NCBI GenBank assembly: GCA_048267225.1
Contig: JBLWXY010000001.1
Coordinates: forward strand, 58,429-122,428
Reading direction: 5' to 3'
Origin: Pseudidiomarina sp.
Lineage (GTDB): Bacteria > Pseudomonadota > Gammaproteobacteria > Enterobacterales > Alteromonadaceae
Length of the DNA: 64,000 nt
The position numbers and the translations under genes were made by a program. The notes beneath the pieces are model-generated. The model was not told the origin of the DNA. It searched no databases and worked only from the letters and a program-made list of their open reading frames with translations. Positions 12,650-21,452 of the stretch are shown one piece after another (position 1 is the stretch's first letter; the number at the start of each line of letters is the position of its first letter).

Positions 12650-13165
12650 GTGAAAGCATTAATGAAAACAACCGTAGCGGCAGCAGTGCTGGCCAGCTCA
12701 ATGTTTGCCGGTGCAGCAGAAGCACAGCAAAAAGTCGGTTTTGTAGACATGCAAACTGTGTTGCAGCAATTGCCGCAAGTACAAGAACTTTCAAACCGTT
12801 TGCAGGAAGAGTTTGAAGGTCGTATTAACGAGCTCGAAGGCATGCGTACCGAAATGCAAGGTTTGCGTGAGAAAGCTGAGCGTGATGCACAGATCATGTC
12901 GCCATCAGAGCGTCGTGACTTGCAACGTGAAATGGAAATGCTTGAGTCGCAGTATCAAATGAAAGCGCGTGCATTCCAAGAAGACAATGAGCGTCGTCAG
13001 AATGAAGAGCGCAACAAATTGATGCGTGAAGTCTTCCAAATGTCACAGCAAGTCGCTCAAGCTGAAGGCTTCGACTTGGTACTAAACAGCCAAGCGGTTC
13101 TTTATGCTGGTGACAGTCTGAACCTGACAGACGAAGTGGTTGCTAAAATGACAGGTGGAAACTAA
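12650..13165 (+). CDS. skp: periplasmic chaperone Skp (OmpH)
   Basis: Start taken at GTG 12650, 8 nt after AGGAG (ATG 12662 possible; the track start 12617 has no SD). Signal peptide MKTTVAAAVLASSMFAGAAEA, then a Q/E/R-rich coiled region. bamA-skp-lpxD context. Confidence 0.9.
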   Translation: MKALMKTTVAAAVLASSMFAGAAEAQQKVGFVDMQTVLQQLPQVQELSNRLQEEFEGRINELEGMRTEMQGLREKAERDAQIMSPSERRDLQREMEMLESQYQMKARAFQEDNERRQNEERNKLMREVFQMSQQVAQAEGFDLVLNSQAVLYAGDSLNLTDEVVAKMTGGN

Positions 13166-13170
13166 GTCAA

Positions 13171-14190
13171 ATGCAAACCATGACATTGCAACAGCTAGCA
13201 TCAGTCATTGATGCTGAGGTTGTCGGTGATGGTGCACAAACCATCACTGGCGTTGCAACGCTTGCCTCGGCTACGTCGGGGCAAATTGCGTTTTTGGCGA
13301 ACGATAAGTATCGCTCGCAATTAGATACGACTCAGGCAAGTGCAGTGATTGTTGGGCCTAAGGTCGATGTTCCAAGTGGCATGGCCGCATTGGTGACGGC
13401 GAATCCTTACGCCGGCTTTGCGAAAGTAGCGCAACAGCTCGATACTACGCCTGCAGCGGCCACAAGTATCGACGCTTCAGCTAAGATTGCCGATTCTGCC
13501 TCTCTCGGTAACAACGTTGCTATCGGCCCTTTCGCGGTGATTAGCGAGAATGTTGAACTGGGTGACAATGTGCAGATTGGCGCTGGGTGTTTTATCGGAC
13601 CCGGGGTGAAAATTGGCGCGAACACCAAAATTTGGCAGCATGTCGTGATCTATCACGATTGTGTGATCGGTGCAGATTGCTTGCTTCATAGTGGCGCTGT
13701 GATTGGCGCAGATGGGTTTGGTTGGGCGAATGAGCAGGGCAAGTGGGTGAAAATTCCACAACTTGGTCGTGTCGTTATCCATGATCGCGTTGAAATTGGC
13801 GCAAGCACCACGGTCGACCGTGGCGCCCTTGATGACACCGTGATCTCGAGCGGTTGCATTATCGATAATCAATGCCAAATCGCACACAATGTCTTTATTG
13901 ACGAAGATACCGCAATTGCAGGTTGCACCGTACTCGCTGGTAGTTGCCGGATTGGTAAACGTTGCCTTATTGGTGGCGCGACGGCGATTAATGGGCATAT
14001 TGAAATCTGTGATGATGTGCAAATCAGTGGCTTCTCGATGGTGATCAAGGCCATCAGTGAGCCTGGTGTATATGCCTCAGGTATTCCTGCAGCACCGCAT
14101 CGTGAATGGCGGCGCAATGGCGCGCGCTATCGTCAACTTGATGATCTTTTCCAGCGCGTGAAGAAAATCGAGAAACAACTCAAAGATTAA
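13171..14190 (+). CDS. lpxD: UDP-3-O-acylglucosamine N-acyltransferase
   Basis: 339-aa ORF. Left-handed beta-helix hexapeptide repeats. Collinear with E. coli LpxD (…GADGFGWANEQGKWVKIPQLGRVVIHDRVEIGASTTVDRGALDDT…). Confidence 0.97.
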   Translation: MQTMTLQQLASVIDAEVVGDGAQTITGVATLASATSGQIAFLANDKYRSQLDTTQASAVIVGPKVDVPSGMAALVTANPYAGFAKVAQQLDTTPAAATSIDASAKIADSASLGNNVAIGPFAVISENVELGDNVQIGAGCFIGPGVKIGANTKIWQHVVIYHDCVIGADCLLHSGAVIGADGFGWANEQGKWVKIPQLGRVVIHDRVEIGASTTVDRGALDDTVISSGCIIDNQCQIAHNVFIDEDTAIAGCTVLAGSCRIGKRCLIGGATAINGHIEICDDVQISGFSMVIKAISEPGVYASGIPAAPHREWRRNGARYRQLDDLFQRVKKIEKQLKD

Positions 14191-14239
14191 GCTTAATTAG
14201 GGGCGCAATAGTGCCCCTGACGGCCACGGAGATTGAATT

Positions 14240-14695
14240 TTGTCAGCATCTGACTCCGCTTTTGATATCCATGAAATCATGCGTTTATTGCCGCATCGTT
14301 ACCCGTTTTTGTTGGTCGACAAAGTGGTAAGCTGCGACGCAGAAAGCCATATTCATGCGGTTAAGAATATCAGCATTAATGAAGACTTGTTTAACGGGCA
14401 TTTTCCCGGAAAGCCGATTTTTCCGGGCGTTTTGATTCTTGAAGCGCTCGCGCAAGCAGCAGGTTTACTCGGCTTTAAGATTACCGAAAGCAAGCCCGGT
14501 AGCAATGACCTATACTTGTTTGCAGGAATTGATAACGCGCGTTTCAAGCGTCAAGTTATTCCGGGCGATCAGCTTGACTTGCATGTGACTTTTGCAAAAG
14601 AGCGCCGCGGTATTTGGGTCTTCAAAGGGCGCGCTGAAGTGGCCGGTGAACTCGCCGCTAGTGCGGATATTATTTGCGCAAGAAGAGAAGCTTAA
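14240..14695 (+). CDS. fabZ: 3-hydroxyacyl-ACP dehydratase FabZ
   Basis: 151-aa ORF with TTG start. [11 protein letters not shown] and [19 protein letters not shown] hot-dog motifs. Confidence 0.96.
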   Translation: MSASDSAFDIHEIMRLLPHRYPFLLVDKVVSCDAESHIHAVKNISINEDLFNGHFPGKPIFPGVLILEALAQAAGLLGFKITESKPGSNDLYLFAGIDNARFKRQVIPGDQLDLHVTFAKERRGIWVFKGRAEVAGELAASADIICARREA

Positions 14696-15460
14696 GTGAT
14701 TCATCCTACAGCGATAATTGATGACCAAGCGGTCATCGGAAAAAATGTCGAAATTGGGCCCTACAGCATTGTTGGGCCTGATGTAGTGATTGGCGATGAT
14801 TGTTGGCTTGGCCCGCATGTCGTGGTTAAAGGTCCGACAGTGCTTGGTAAAGGCAATAAGATCTTTCAGTTTGCCTCCGTTGGCGAAGATTGCCAAGACA
14901 AGAAATACAACGGCGAGCCTACGCGACTCGAAGTCGGTGACAATAATATTATTCGCGAATGCGTGACTATTCATCGCGGGACCATCCAAGATCAGAGCTT
15001 AACCAAAATCGGCAGCAATAATCTACTGATGGCGTACGTGCATGTGGCGCATGATTGCATGGTTGGTGACAACGTCATTCTGGCCAATAACACCACCTTG
15101 GCGGGTCATGTACATGTAGGCGATTGGGCCATACTGGGTGGTTTTACTGGGGTGCACCAGTTCTGCCACATTGGCGCGCATGCCTTTACAGCGGTCAACT
15201 CGGTGGTTGTGCAAGACATTCCTCCGTATATTATGGCGCAGGGCCATAATGCGGTACCGCGGACGATCAATAGCGAAGGCTTGAAACGTCGCGGCTTTAG
15301 TAAAGAAGCCATTGTGCATATTAAGCGCGCGTTTAAAACCTTGTACCGCAAGGGCTTAACGGTGGATGAGGCGGTTGCTGAAATGCAAAGCTGGCAGGCG
15401 CCTGAATTAGCCGATTTGATCCATTTTGTCCAACACAGCTCACGCGGTATTATCCGCTAA
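14696..15460 (+). CDS. lpxA: acyl-ACP--UDP-N-acetylglucosamine O-acyltransferase
   Basis: 254-aa ORF. GTG start immediately after the fabZ stop. Hexapeptide repeats and the C-terminal helical domain typical of LpxA. Confidence 0.96.
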   Translation: MIHPTAIIDDQAVIGKNVEIGPYSIVGPDVVIGDDCWLGPHVVVKGPTVLGKGNKIFQFASVGEDCQDKKYNGEPTRLEVGDNNIIRECVTIHRGTIQDQSLTKIGSNNLLMAYVHVAHDCMVGDNVILANNTTLAGHVHVGDWAILGGFTGVHQFCHIGAHAFTAVNSVVVQDIPPYIMAQGHNAVPRTINSEGLKRRGFSKEAIVHIKRAFKTLYRKGLTVDEAVAEMQSWQAPELADLIHFVQHSSRGIIR

Positions 15461-15486
15461 CGCTTCGATGTAACGAACCCAAAACC

Positions 15487-16644
15487 ATGGCTGCAGCAGC
15501 AACTTTAACCATAGCCTTATTGGCCGGTGAACACTCGGGTGATTTGCTTGGGGCAGGGTTGATGCGTGAGCTAAAAACACGTCATCCGGACGTTTCATTC
15601 ATTGGTGTAGGCGGTCCGTTGATGGCCGCTGAAGGGTTGAACAGTTTGGTTCCCATGGACGATCTGGCCGTCATGGGCATTGCTGAAGTAGTGGGGCGTT
15701 TACCTACCTTATTGCGCCACCGTAAGAACATTGTCACTGCGCTTACGGCTGAGCGCCCAGCGGTGTTTATTGGCATTGACGCTCCAGATTTTAATCTGCC
15801 GATCGCCAAGCGCTTGAAAGCACAAGGGATCCCGACCATGCACTATGTCAGCCCCAGTGTTTGGGCATGGCGCCAAGGCCGTATCAAAGGCATTAAAGCG
15901 AGCGTGGATCATGTGCTGTGTTTGTTGCCTTTCGAAAAAGCCTTCTACGACCAAAACGGTCTTCCCGCAACTTTTGTTGGGCATCCATTGGCGGATAGCA
16001 TTCCTCTGCAATGGCCCAAAGCTGAAGCACGTGCCGAGCTGGGCTTGCAGGATGACTTTATGGTCGCATTATTGCCCGGCAGTCGTAGCGGCGAAATAGC
16101 GCGCATGGGGCCGATTTTTCTCGCTGCCGCGAAAGTATTCTTCGCACGGCATCCGCAGGTCAAGTTTATCAGTCCGATGATTTCCAGCGCGCGTGCGCAA
16201 CAGTTTCGTGAATTACAACAGCGTATCGCACCAGAGCTGCCGCTATCCCTGATTGAAGGTCAGTCACGCACAGCAATGGCGGCGGCTGATGGTTTACTCT
16301 TGACCTCTGGCACCGTGACCCTCGAAGCGATGTTAATTAAACGCCCGATGGTGGTTGCGTACCGCTTTAACTGGTTAAGCTATCAGCTCATCAAACGTAT
16401 GTTTAAAGCCAAGTATTTTAGTCTACCCAACCTACTTGCTGACGCTCCTTTGGTGCCTGAGCTTGTACAGCAGCAGGTGACGCCGCAGGCCTTGGTTGAA
16501 GCATTAGAAAAGCAACTTGCCGCTGCTGAAGATGGCACACTTATTGAGCGCTTTACGGCACTCCATCAAGCTTTGCAGCGTGATGCTGATACGCTAAGCG
16601 CAACGGTTGCGCTAGAACTCGCCACACAAAACCGTTCTAATTAG
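15487..16644 (+). CDS. lpxB: lipid-A-disaccharide synthase
   Basis: 385-aa ORF. AGEHSGDLLGAGLM N-terminus and GT19 fold blocks. Follows lpxA. Confidence 0.96.
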   Translation: MAAAATLTIALLAGEHSGDLLGAGLMRELKTRHPDVSFIGVGGPLMAAEGLNSLVPMDDLAVMGIAEVVGRLPTLLRHRKNIVTALTAERPAVFIGIDAPDFNLPIAKRLKAQGIPTMHYVSPSVWAWRQGRIKGIKASVDHVLCLLPFEKAFYDQNGLPATFVGHPLADSIPLQWPKAEARAELGLQDDFMVALLPGSRSGEIARMGPIFLAAAKVFFARHPQVKFISPMISSARAQQFRELQQRIAPELPLSLIEGQSRTAMAAADGLLLTSGTVTLEAMLIKRPMVVAYRFNWLSYQLIKRMFKAKYFSLPNLLADAPLVPELVQQQVTPQALVEALEKQLAAAEDGTLIERFTALHQALQRDADTLSATVALELATQNRSN

Positions 16645-16673
16645 TCGAAAGATAAAGCCATAATAAAGCACTT

Positions 16674-16700
16674 ATTAATCGATTTGATTAATCCTATACT
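16674..16700. promoter_or_regulatory. candidate operator plus -10 element upstream of the yqjG-like/pirin/qor module
   Basis: Perfect inverted repeat ATTAATC (16674-16680) N5 GATTAAT (16686-16692), followed 2 nt later by TATACT (16695-16700). Lies 31 nt upstream of ATG 16731. Confidence 0.35.
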
Positions 16701-16730
16701 GTTTGCATCAACTTAGAAAGAGAGGTGCAT

Positions 16731-17696
16731 ATGGGATTACTCGTCGATGGTAAGTGGCAAGACAAATGGTACGACACCGAAAAGCATGGTGGGCGCTTCG
16801 AGCGCAGTGCCGCGCAGTTTCGTAATTGGTTGAGCAGCGACCCTGAAGCTGAATTTCCAGCCGAAAGTGGACGCTATCATTTGTATGTCTCCTACGCTTG
16901 TCCTTGGGCGCATCGCACTCTTATTTTTCGTAAACTTAAAGGTCTCGAAGAGCATATTTCAGTGTCTGCAGTGCAGCCGCTGATGCTCGAGAACGGCTGG
17001 GAGTTTGCTGACGATAACGACCACGCCTTGCACGATCCGCTTTATGGTCATGAGTTTCTTTACCAGCTCTACTTAAAGGCCAATCCAAATTACAGCGGTC
17101 GCGTGACTGTCCCGGTGTTGTGGGACAAGAAAAAGCAGACCGTGGTAAGCAATGAGTCAGCCGATATTATTCGCATGTTCAACAGCGCCTTTAACGAAAT
17201 CACTGGCAATCAGCTAGATTTCTATCCTGCGGCGCTGCGAAGCGATATAGATACTATCAATGATGAGGTGTACAACAACGTTAATAATGGCGTTTATAAG
17301 TGTGGTTTCGCCACCCAACAAGAGGCTTATGAGGAAGCTTTTGACGCTTTGTTCAACACCTTAGACAAACTTGAGCAGCGCTTATCTAAGCAGCGTTTCT
17401 TGGTTGGTGATCAAGTGACAGAAGCCGATTGGCGGCTGTTTACCACGCTGGTAAGGTTTGATGCTGTTTATCATGGCCACTTTAAAACCAACCAGCGGCG
17501 GATTGTCGATTACCCGGCGTTATGGGATTACGTGCGGGCCTTGTATCAGGTGCCCGGTGTTGCTGAGACGGTGGTTATGGACCATATTAAGACGCATTAC
17601 TATGGCAGCCATACGATGATCAATCCGACGCAAATTGTTCCGCGCGGACCAGCACTTGATTTTAATGCACCCCATCAACGAGGAGAGGTGTTATGA
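16731..17696 (+). CDS. yqjG: glutathionyl-hydroquinone reductase (Xi-class GST, YqjG-like)
   Basis: ATG 16731, 6 nt after AGAGAGG (the track start GTG 16725 is 2 codons longer). Xi-class catalytic motif YVSYACPWAHRTLIFRKLKGL. Collinear with E. coli YqjG as I recall it (RVTVPVLWDKK, VSNESA, VNNGVYKCGFAT). Confidence 0.9.
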   Translation: MGLLVDGKWQDKWYDTEKHGGRFERSAAQFRNWLSSDPEAEFPAESGRYHLYVSYACPWAHRTLIFRKLKGLEEHISVSAVQPLMLENGWEFADDNDHALHDPLYGHEFLYQLYLKANPNYSGRVTVPVLWDKKKQTVVSNESADIIRMFNSAFNEITGNQLDFYPAALRSDIDTINDEVYNNVNNGVYKCGFATQQEAYEEAFDALFNTLDKLEQRLSKQRFLVGDQVTEADWRLFTTLVRFDAVYHGHFKTNQRRIVDYPALWDYVRALYQVPGVAETVVMDHIKTHYYGSHTMINPTQIVPRGPALDFNAPHQRGEVL

Positions 17697-18523
17697 ACGC
17701 CATTTTAAGTCGTCACCGAGGTATGCCAGCGCAAGATGGTGCTGGCGTCAAGTTGACCCGGATCATTAATCAACCCAGTTTGCGGTATCAAGATCCGTTT
17801 TTAATGCTCGACGAATTTCGCTCAGACGATCCGAACGATTATATTGCGGGCTTTCCCCCGCATCCGCATCGTGGCTTTGTAACGCTGACCTACATGCTCG
17901 CTGGCCGCATGGAGCACAAGGATTCTGAGGGTAACACTGGGGTCGTGGAGAGCGGCGGTGCGCAGTGGATGAAAGCGGCTCGCGGTATCATTCATGCCGA
18001 AATGCCGAAGCAAGAAGAAGGTCTCATGTGGGGCTTTCAATTGTGGCTGAATTTGCCAGCAAAAGACAAAATGAGTGCTGCTGAGTGGGCGGACTATCCC
18101 GCTGCGAAAATTCCTGAGGTCGAGCAGGATGGCTTAACGCTGCGTGTAGTAGCAGGTTCTTATGCTGGTCAAGAAGGGCCAATCCAACAAACGGCGCAGC
18201 AATTTCAAATGTACGACTTGCGCTTCAGTGGTGCAGGCGCATGGCAGCAGGAGGCAATTTCCCAGCAAACACGTTTAGCTTATGTCTACCAAGGCTCTGT
18301 TGAGCTCAACGGCACACAATTGCAGCGTGGTGAGTTGGTGCGTTTAGATCCTGCGGCTGAACTAACATTGCATACCGAAGATGAGGCGGGCATGCTAGTG
18401 CTAGCAGCGGAGCCTATTGGTGAGCCCATAGCGCAATATGGGCCTTTTGTGATGAACAGCCAAGCAGAAATTGAACAGGCCATCGCTGATTATCAAAGTG
18501 GACAACTCACCGCAAAAAGTTAA
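17693..18523 (+). CDS. pirin-family cupin protein
   Basis: 276-aa ORF. Pirin metal-binding block FPPHPHRGFVTLTYMLAGRMEHKDSEGN. ATGA overlap with the upstream gene. Confidence 0.9.
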   Translation: MNAILSRHRGMPAQDGAGVKLTRIINQPSLRYQDPFLMLDEFRSDDPNDYIAGFPPHPHRGFVTLTYMLAGRMEHKDSEGNTGVVESGGAQWMKAARGIIHAEMPKQEEGLMWGFQLWLNLPAKDKMSAAEWADYPAAKIPEVEQDGLTLRVVAGSYAGQEGPIQQTAQQFQMYDLRFSGAGAWQQEAISQQTRLAYVYQGSVELNGTQLQRGELVRLDPAAELTLHTEDEAGMLVLAAEPIGEPIAQYGPFVMNSQAEIEQAIADYQSGQLTAKS

Positions 18524-18537
18524 CTCAAGGAGCACCT

Positions 18538-19512
18538 ATGAAAAGTAGTACTGCAATAGGTTTTCGGGCAGTTGAAGGAGCACCACAGCGCTTTGAATTT
18601 CAGTATGCAACACCGCTCACCGATGAAGTAGTGATTGCGATTAGTCATAGCGGTGTGAATCGCGCCGATTTAATGCAGCTTGCTGGGCACTATCCGCCAC
18701 CGCCAGGTGCTTCTGAGATCCTTGGTTTGGAAGCGAGCGGCACTGTCGTGGCCGTTGGCCCTGCCGTTAGCCGTTTGCGCGTTGGTGATGAGGTGTGCGC
18801 CTTACTGGCGGCAGGCGGTTATGCCAGCCATGTTACCGTCAGTGAACAGCAAGTTGCGAAATTGCCGAGAGGCTTAACGCTTGCGCAGGGCGCAGCGCTA
18901 TGCGAAGCCTTCGCAACGGCTTGGTTTAACCTGTATGAGGTTGCGCGCATTCAGCCCCAAGAACGCCTGCTCCTGCACGCTGGTGCCAGCAGCGTCAGCT
19001 TGGCCGCCATGCAGTTAGCGCAGCATAACGACAACCCGGTATTTGTTACCGCAGGAAGCGATGAGAAAATAGCATTTTGTAAGCAACACGGTGCTGAAAC
19101 AGGTTGGAATCGTCGGCAAGGGAGTTTCGTCGAGGCTGTTAAGGACTGGGGAGGTGCCGATGTGATCATTGACCCAGTGGCTGGCGATTATCTTGCCCAA
19201 GACCAACAGGTGTTGCGTCAAGATGGGCGCATTATTGTGTTAGGCCTCATGGGGGGCCGCGAGGCGATGATTGATGCTGGACGTTTGCTGATGAAGCGGC
19301 AACGTATTCAAGGGAGCACACTGCGTAACCAGCCGCTACCCGTAAAAGCACGGATCATGCGCGCGCTCGAACAAGATCTTTGGCCACTATTAGTCGATGG
19401 ACGGTGTCAGGTGATGCTGGAAAAAACGTACCCCATTGCCGAGATGGCGCAGGCATTGCAACAAATGCAGCGCAACGAAACGCGCGGTAAATTGGTCTTG
19501 GCTTGGGATTAA
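18538..19512 (+). CDS. NAD(P)H:quinone oxidoreductase, PIG3/zeta-crystallin-type MDR family
   Basis: 324-aa ORF. MDR fold blocks (GVNRADLMQLAGHYPPPPGASEILGLEASG, RVGDEV, ...TRGKLVL C-terminus). No zinc-ligand Cys/His pattern. The cofactor-loop reads HAGASSVS. Confidence 0.85.
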   Translation: MKSSTAIGFRAVEGAPQRFEFQYATPLTDEVVIAISHSGVNRADLMQLAGHYPPPPGASEILGLEASGTVVAVGPAVSRLRVGDEVCALLAAGGYASHVTVSEQQVAKLPRGLTLAQGAALCEAFATAWFNLYEVARIQPQERLLLHAGASSVSLAAMQLAQHNDNPVFVTAGSDEKIAFCKQHGAETGWNRRQGSFVEAVKDWGGADVIIDPVAGDYLAQDQQVLRQDGRIIVLGLMGGREAMIDAGRLLMKRQRIQGSTLRNQPLPVKARIMRALEQDLWPLLVDGRCQVMLEKTYPIAEMAQALQQMQRNETRGKLVLAWD

Positions 19513-19527
19513 TTGAACAGTAAAAAA

Positions 19528-19612
19528 TGGTGGAGGGGGCAGGATTCGAACCTGCGAAGGCTGAGCCGTCAGATTTACAGTCTGATCCCTTTGGCCACTC
19601 GGGAACCCCTCC
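19528..19612 (-). tRNA. tRNA-Tyr (anticodon GTA)
   Basis: 85 nt. The reverse complement reads GGAGGGGTTCCCGAGTGGCCAAAGGGATCAGACTGTAAATCTGACGGCTCAGCCTTCGCAGGTTCGAATCCTGCCCCCTCCACCA. Has a 7-bp acceptor stem, a CTGTAAA anticodon loop, a long variable arm, a GGTTCGAATCC T-arm and an encoded CCA. Very close to E. coli tRNA-Tyr. Confidence 0.95.
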
Positions 19613-19700
19613 ACGAAGGCGGGCAATAGTAGCAGATTGAGGCGGCCTGTAAACCCCGCTATGATAAAAGCCTTGGTTATTTAATGTTGTTTCAACTAGG

Positions 19701-20612
19701 TTGTACATTTTGTCGACAAAGCATGCTGAAATTATCGCCACCTTTCTTGATCGCCTTTGGTTAAAGCAGGGCATAAGTCCGAATACCAGTTCGGCGTACG
19801 CCACCGATTTAAAGAAGTTTTTGCAGTTTTTATTGGCCCACCGAGGCGCTGATGCTGAATTATTGGCGGTGACGACAACCGAAATCGAAGACTATCTTTT
19901 GTGGCGACGGCAACAAGGGCTATCACCGCGCAGTACCGCTCGAGCCGTAAGTGCGTTGAAGAAGTTTTACACTTACGCGGTCCAAGAGCGGCTTTGTGCC
20001 AGTGACCCTACGGCGCGACTGCGGCAACCGAAGCAACCACAAGCGCTACCGCACAGTTTAGCCGAGAGTGAAGTTGAAGCGCTGCTCAATGCGCCCGATG
20101 AAAGTGATCCTGTGCAATTACGCGACCGCGCCATGCTAGAAGTGCTTTATGCCACGGGCTTACGGGTGACCGAGCTTACGCAGTTGACCTTTAGTCAAAT
20201 TTCTTATCAGCAAGAGTTGGTGCGCGTGATTGGCAAGGGCAATAAAGAACGCTTAGTCCCGTTAGGTGAAACCGCGCTTGAATGGCTGCAACGCTATAGT
20301 AAAGAAGCGCGTGCGCAACTGAGCCAATTACCCAGTGATTATGTGTTTATTACGCGGCGTGGTGGGCCGCTTACGCGGCAAGCCTTTTGGCATCGCATCA
20401 AGTTTTACGCGCAGCAAGCTGATATTCGCTCGCATTTGTCACCCCATACCTTACGCCATGCCTTCGCCACGCATTTGCTGAACCATGGCGCGGATTTGCG
20501 CGTGCTACAAATGTTGCTTGGTCACAGTGATTTGTCGACCACGCAGATTTATACCCATGTCGCGCGTGAGCGTTTACAACAGTTACATGCAACACATCAT
20601 CCGAGAGCCTAG
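19701..20612 (+). CDS. xerD: site-specific tyrosine recombinase XerD
   Basis: 303-aa ORF with TTG start (TTG 19710 is an alternative). Near-identical C-terminal catalytic block HTLRHAFATHLLNHGADLRVLQMLLGHSDLSTTQIYTHV and LEVLYATGLRVTEL. xerD-dsbC-recJ context as in E. coli. Confidence 0.95.
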   Translation: MYILSTKHAEIIATFLDRLWLKQGISPNTSSAYATDLKKFLQFLLAHRGADAELLAVTTTEIEDYLLWRRQQGLSPRSTARAVSALKKFYTYAVQERLCASDPTARLRQPKQPQALPHSLAESEVEALLNAPDESDPVQLRDRAMLEVLYATGLRVTELTQLTFSQISYQQELVRVIGKGNKERLVPLGETALEWLQRYSKEARAQLSQLPSDYVFITRRGGPLTRQAFWHRIKFYAQQADIRSHLSPHTLRHAFATHLLNHGADLRVLQMLLGHSDLSTTQIYTHVARERLQQLHATHHPRA

Positions 20613-20699
20613 TAAAGTGGCTGCGCTAGTTGTGAAATCACGCTACACTGGGCAGCATTATTTCCTATTAAAACAGCAACGAAGTTAAACGAGAATTCT

Positions 20700-21449
20700 A
20701 TGAAACAATTATTTCTGGCAGCCAGCATCATTGGGCTACTGGCCTGCTCGCCACAACAAGAAGCGCAAGCCACAGCTAAGCCTGCAAGCGCAGCGGTGAC
20801 CACTGAGGGCGCAGGTTTTGATCAAAGCTATTTGCAACAAATGGGCTTTCAGATTGAATCGGCAGAAGAATCTTCAATTCCCGGTGTTTATGAAGTCATT
20901 ACCGACCAAGGCCTTATCTATGTCGCCGACGATGGTAGAAAACTGATCGGCGGGCGTATTTATGACATCACCGGCAATGAACCTGTCAATCTAAGCGAAA
21001 ATGCCATCCGCGCTATGCGCCAACGTGATGTTGTGGCCATTGCTGACCAAGCTATCGCTTACCCTGCCGATAACGAAGATTACGTTGTCACTGTTTTCAC
21101 TGACCCAACTTGTGGCTATTGCCGGCAGTTACACAACAACCTCGACAGTTACCTTAATAAAGGCATCACTATTCGCTATTTAGCATGGCCGCGTGGTGGT
21201 TTGCAGGGGAGCGCGTATCAACAGTTAAAGACAATCTGGTGCTCGGCCGATCAGCAAGCTGCACTTGATGCCGCCAAAAATGACAAGCGTCTACCAGCGG
21301 CAAGTTGTGACGATCCGGTGGATGCCCATTTCGCCCTCGGGAACAAATTTGGCGTCCGCGGCACCCCAGCGATGGTGTTGCCGTCGGGGGAGATGATTCC
21401 AGGTCTCGTTGATGCGAGCCGTTTATTAGGTATGTTGAAGCAAGGGTAA
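20700..21449 (+). CDS. dsbC: thiol:disulfide interchange protein DsbC (possible lipoprotein form)
   Basis: 249-aa ORF. CGYC active site in VTVFTDPTCGYCRQLH, and the second disulfide pair (WCSAD...SCDDP). The N-terminus MKQLFLAASIIGLLAC resembles a lipobox. Confidence 0.92.
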   Translation: MKQLFLAASIIGLLACSPQQEAQATAKPASAAVTTEGAGFDQSYLQQMGFQIESAEESSIPGVYEVITDQGLIYVADDGRKLIGGRIYDITGNEPVNLSENAIRAMRQRDVVAIADQAIAYPADNEDYVVTVFTDPTCGYCRQLHNNLDSYLNKGITIRYLAWPRGGLQGSAYQQLKTIWCSADQQAALDAAKNDKRLPAASCDDPVDAHFALGNKFGVRGTPAMVLPSGEMIPGLVDASRLLGMLKQG

Positions 21450-21452
21450 ACC

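Noticed and set aside
14199-14218. Hairpin AGGGGC-N8-GCCCCT between lpxD and fabZ, considered as a terminator
   Set aside because: No U-tract follows, and fabZ-lpxA-lpxB must be expressed downstream. At most this is an mRNA processing or stability element, and the evidence is insufficient to call it.
13477-14989. Long antisense ORFs (13477-14022, 14510-14989) inside lpxD, fabZ and lpxA
   Set aside because: Hexapeptide-repeat genes commonly leave antisense frames open. The products have no motifs, and both overlap genes with unambiguous homology.
19613-19700. Promoter for tRNA-Tyr (TATCAT followed by a GC-rich AGCGGGG discriminator on the minus strand)
   Set aside because: No acceptable -35 hexamer lies at 16-18 nt spacing (TTGAAA is 23 nt away), so I do not report coordinates as a feature.
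19528-20612. tRNA-Tyr next to a tyrosine recombinase, read as an integrase-tRNA genomic-island signature
   Set aside because: The recombinase is XerD, in its conserved xerD-dsbC-recJ-prfB-lysS context, with the XerD-specific C-terminal block. It flanks the 5' (promoter) side of the tRNA. I found no direct repeat of the tRNA 3' end near 16645-16730 that would delimit an island.
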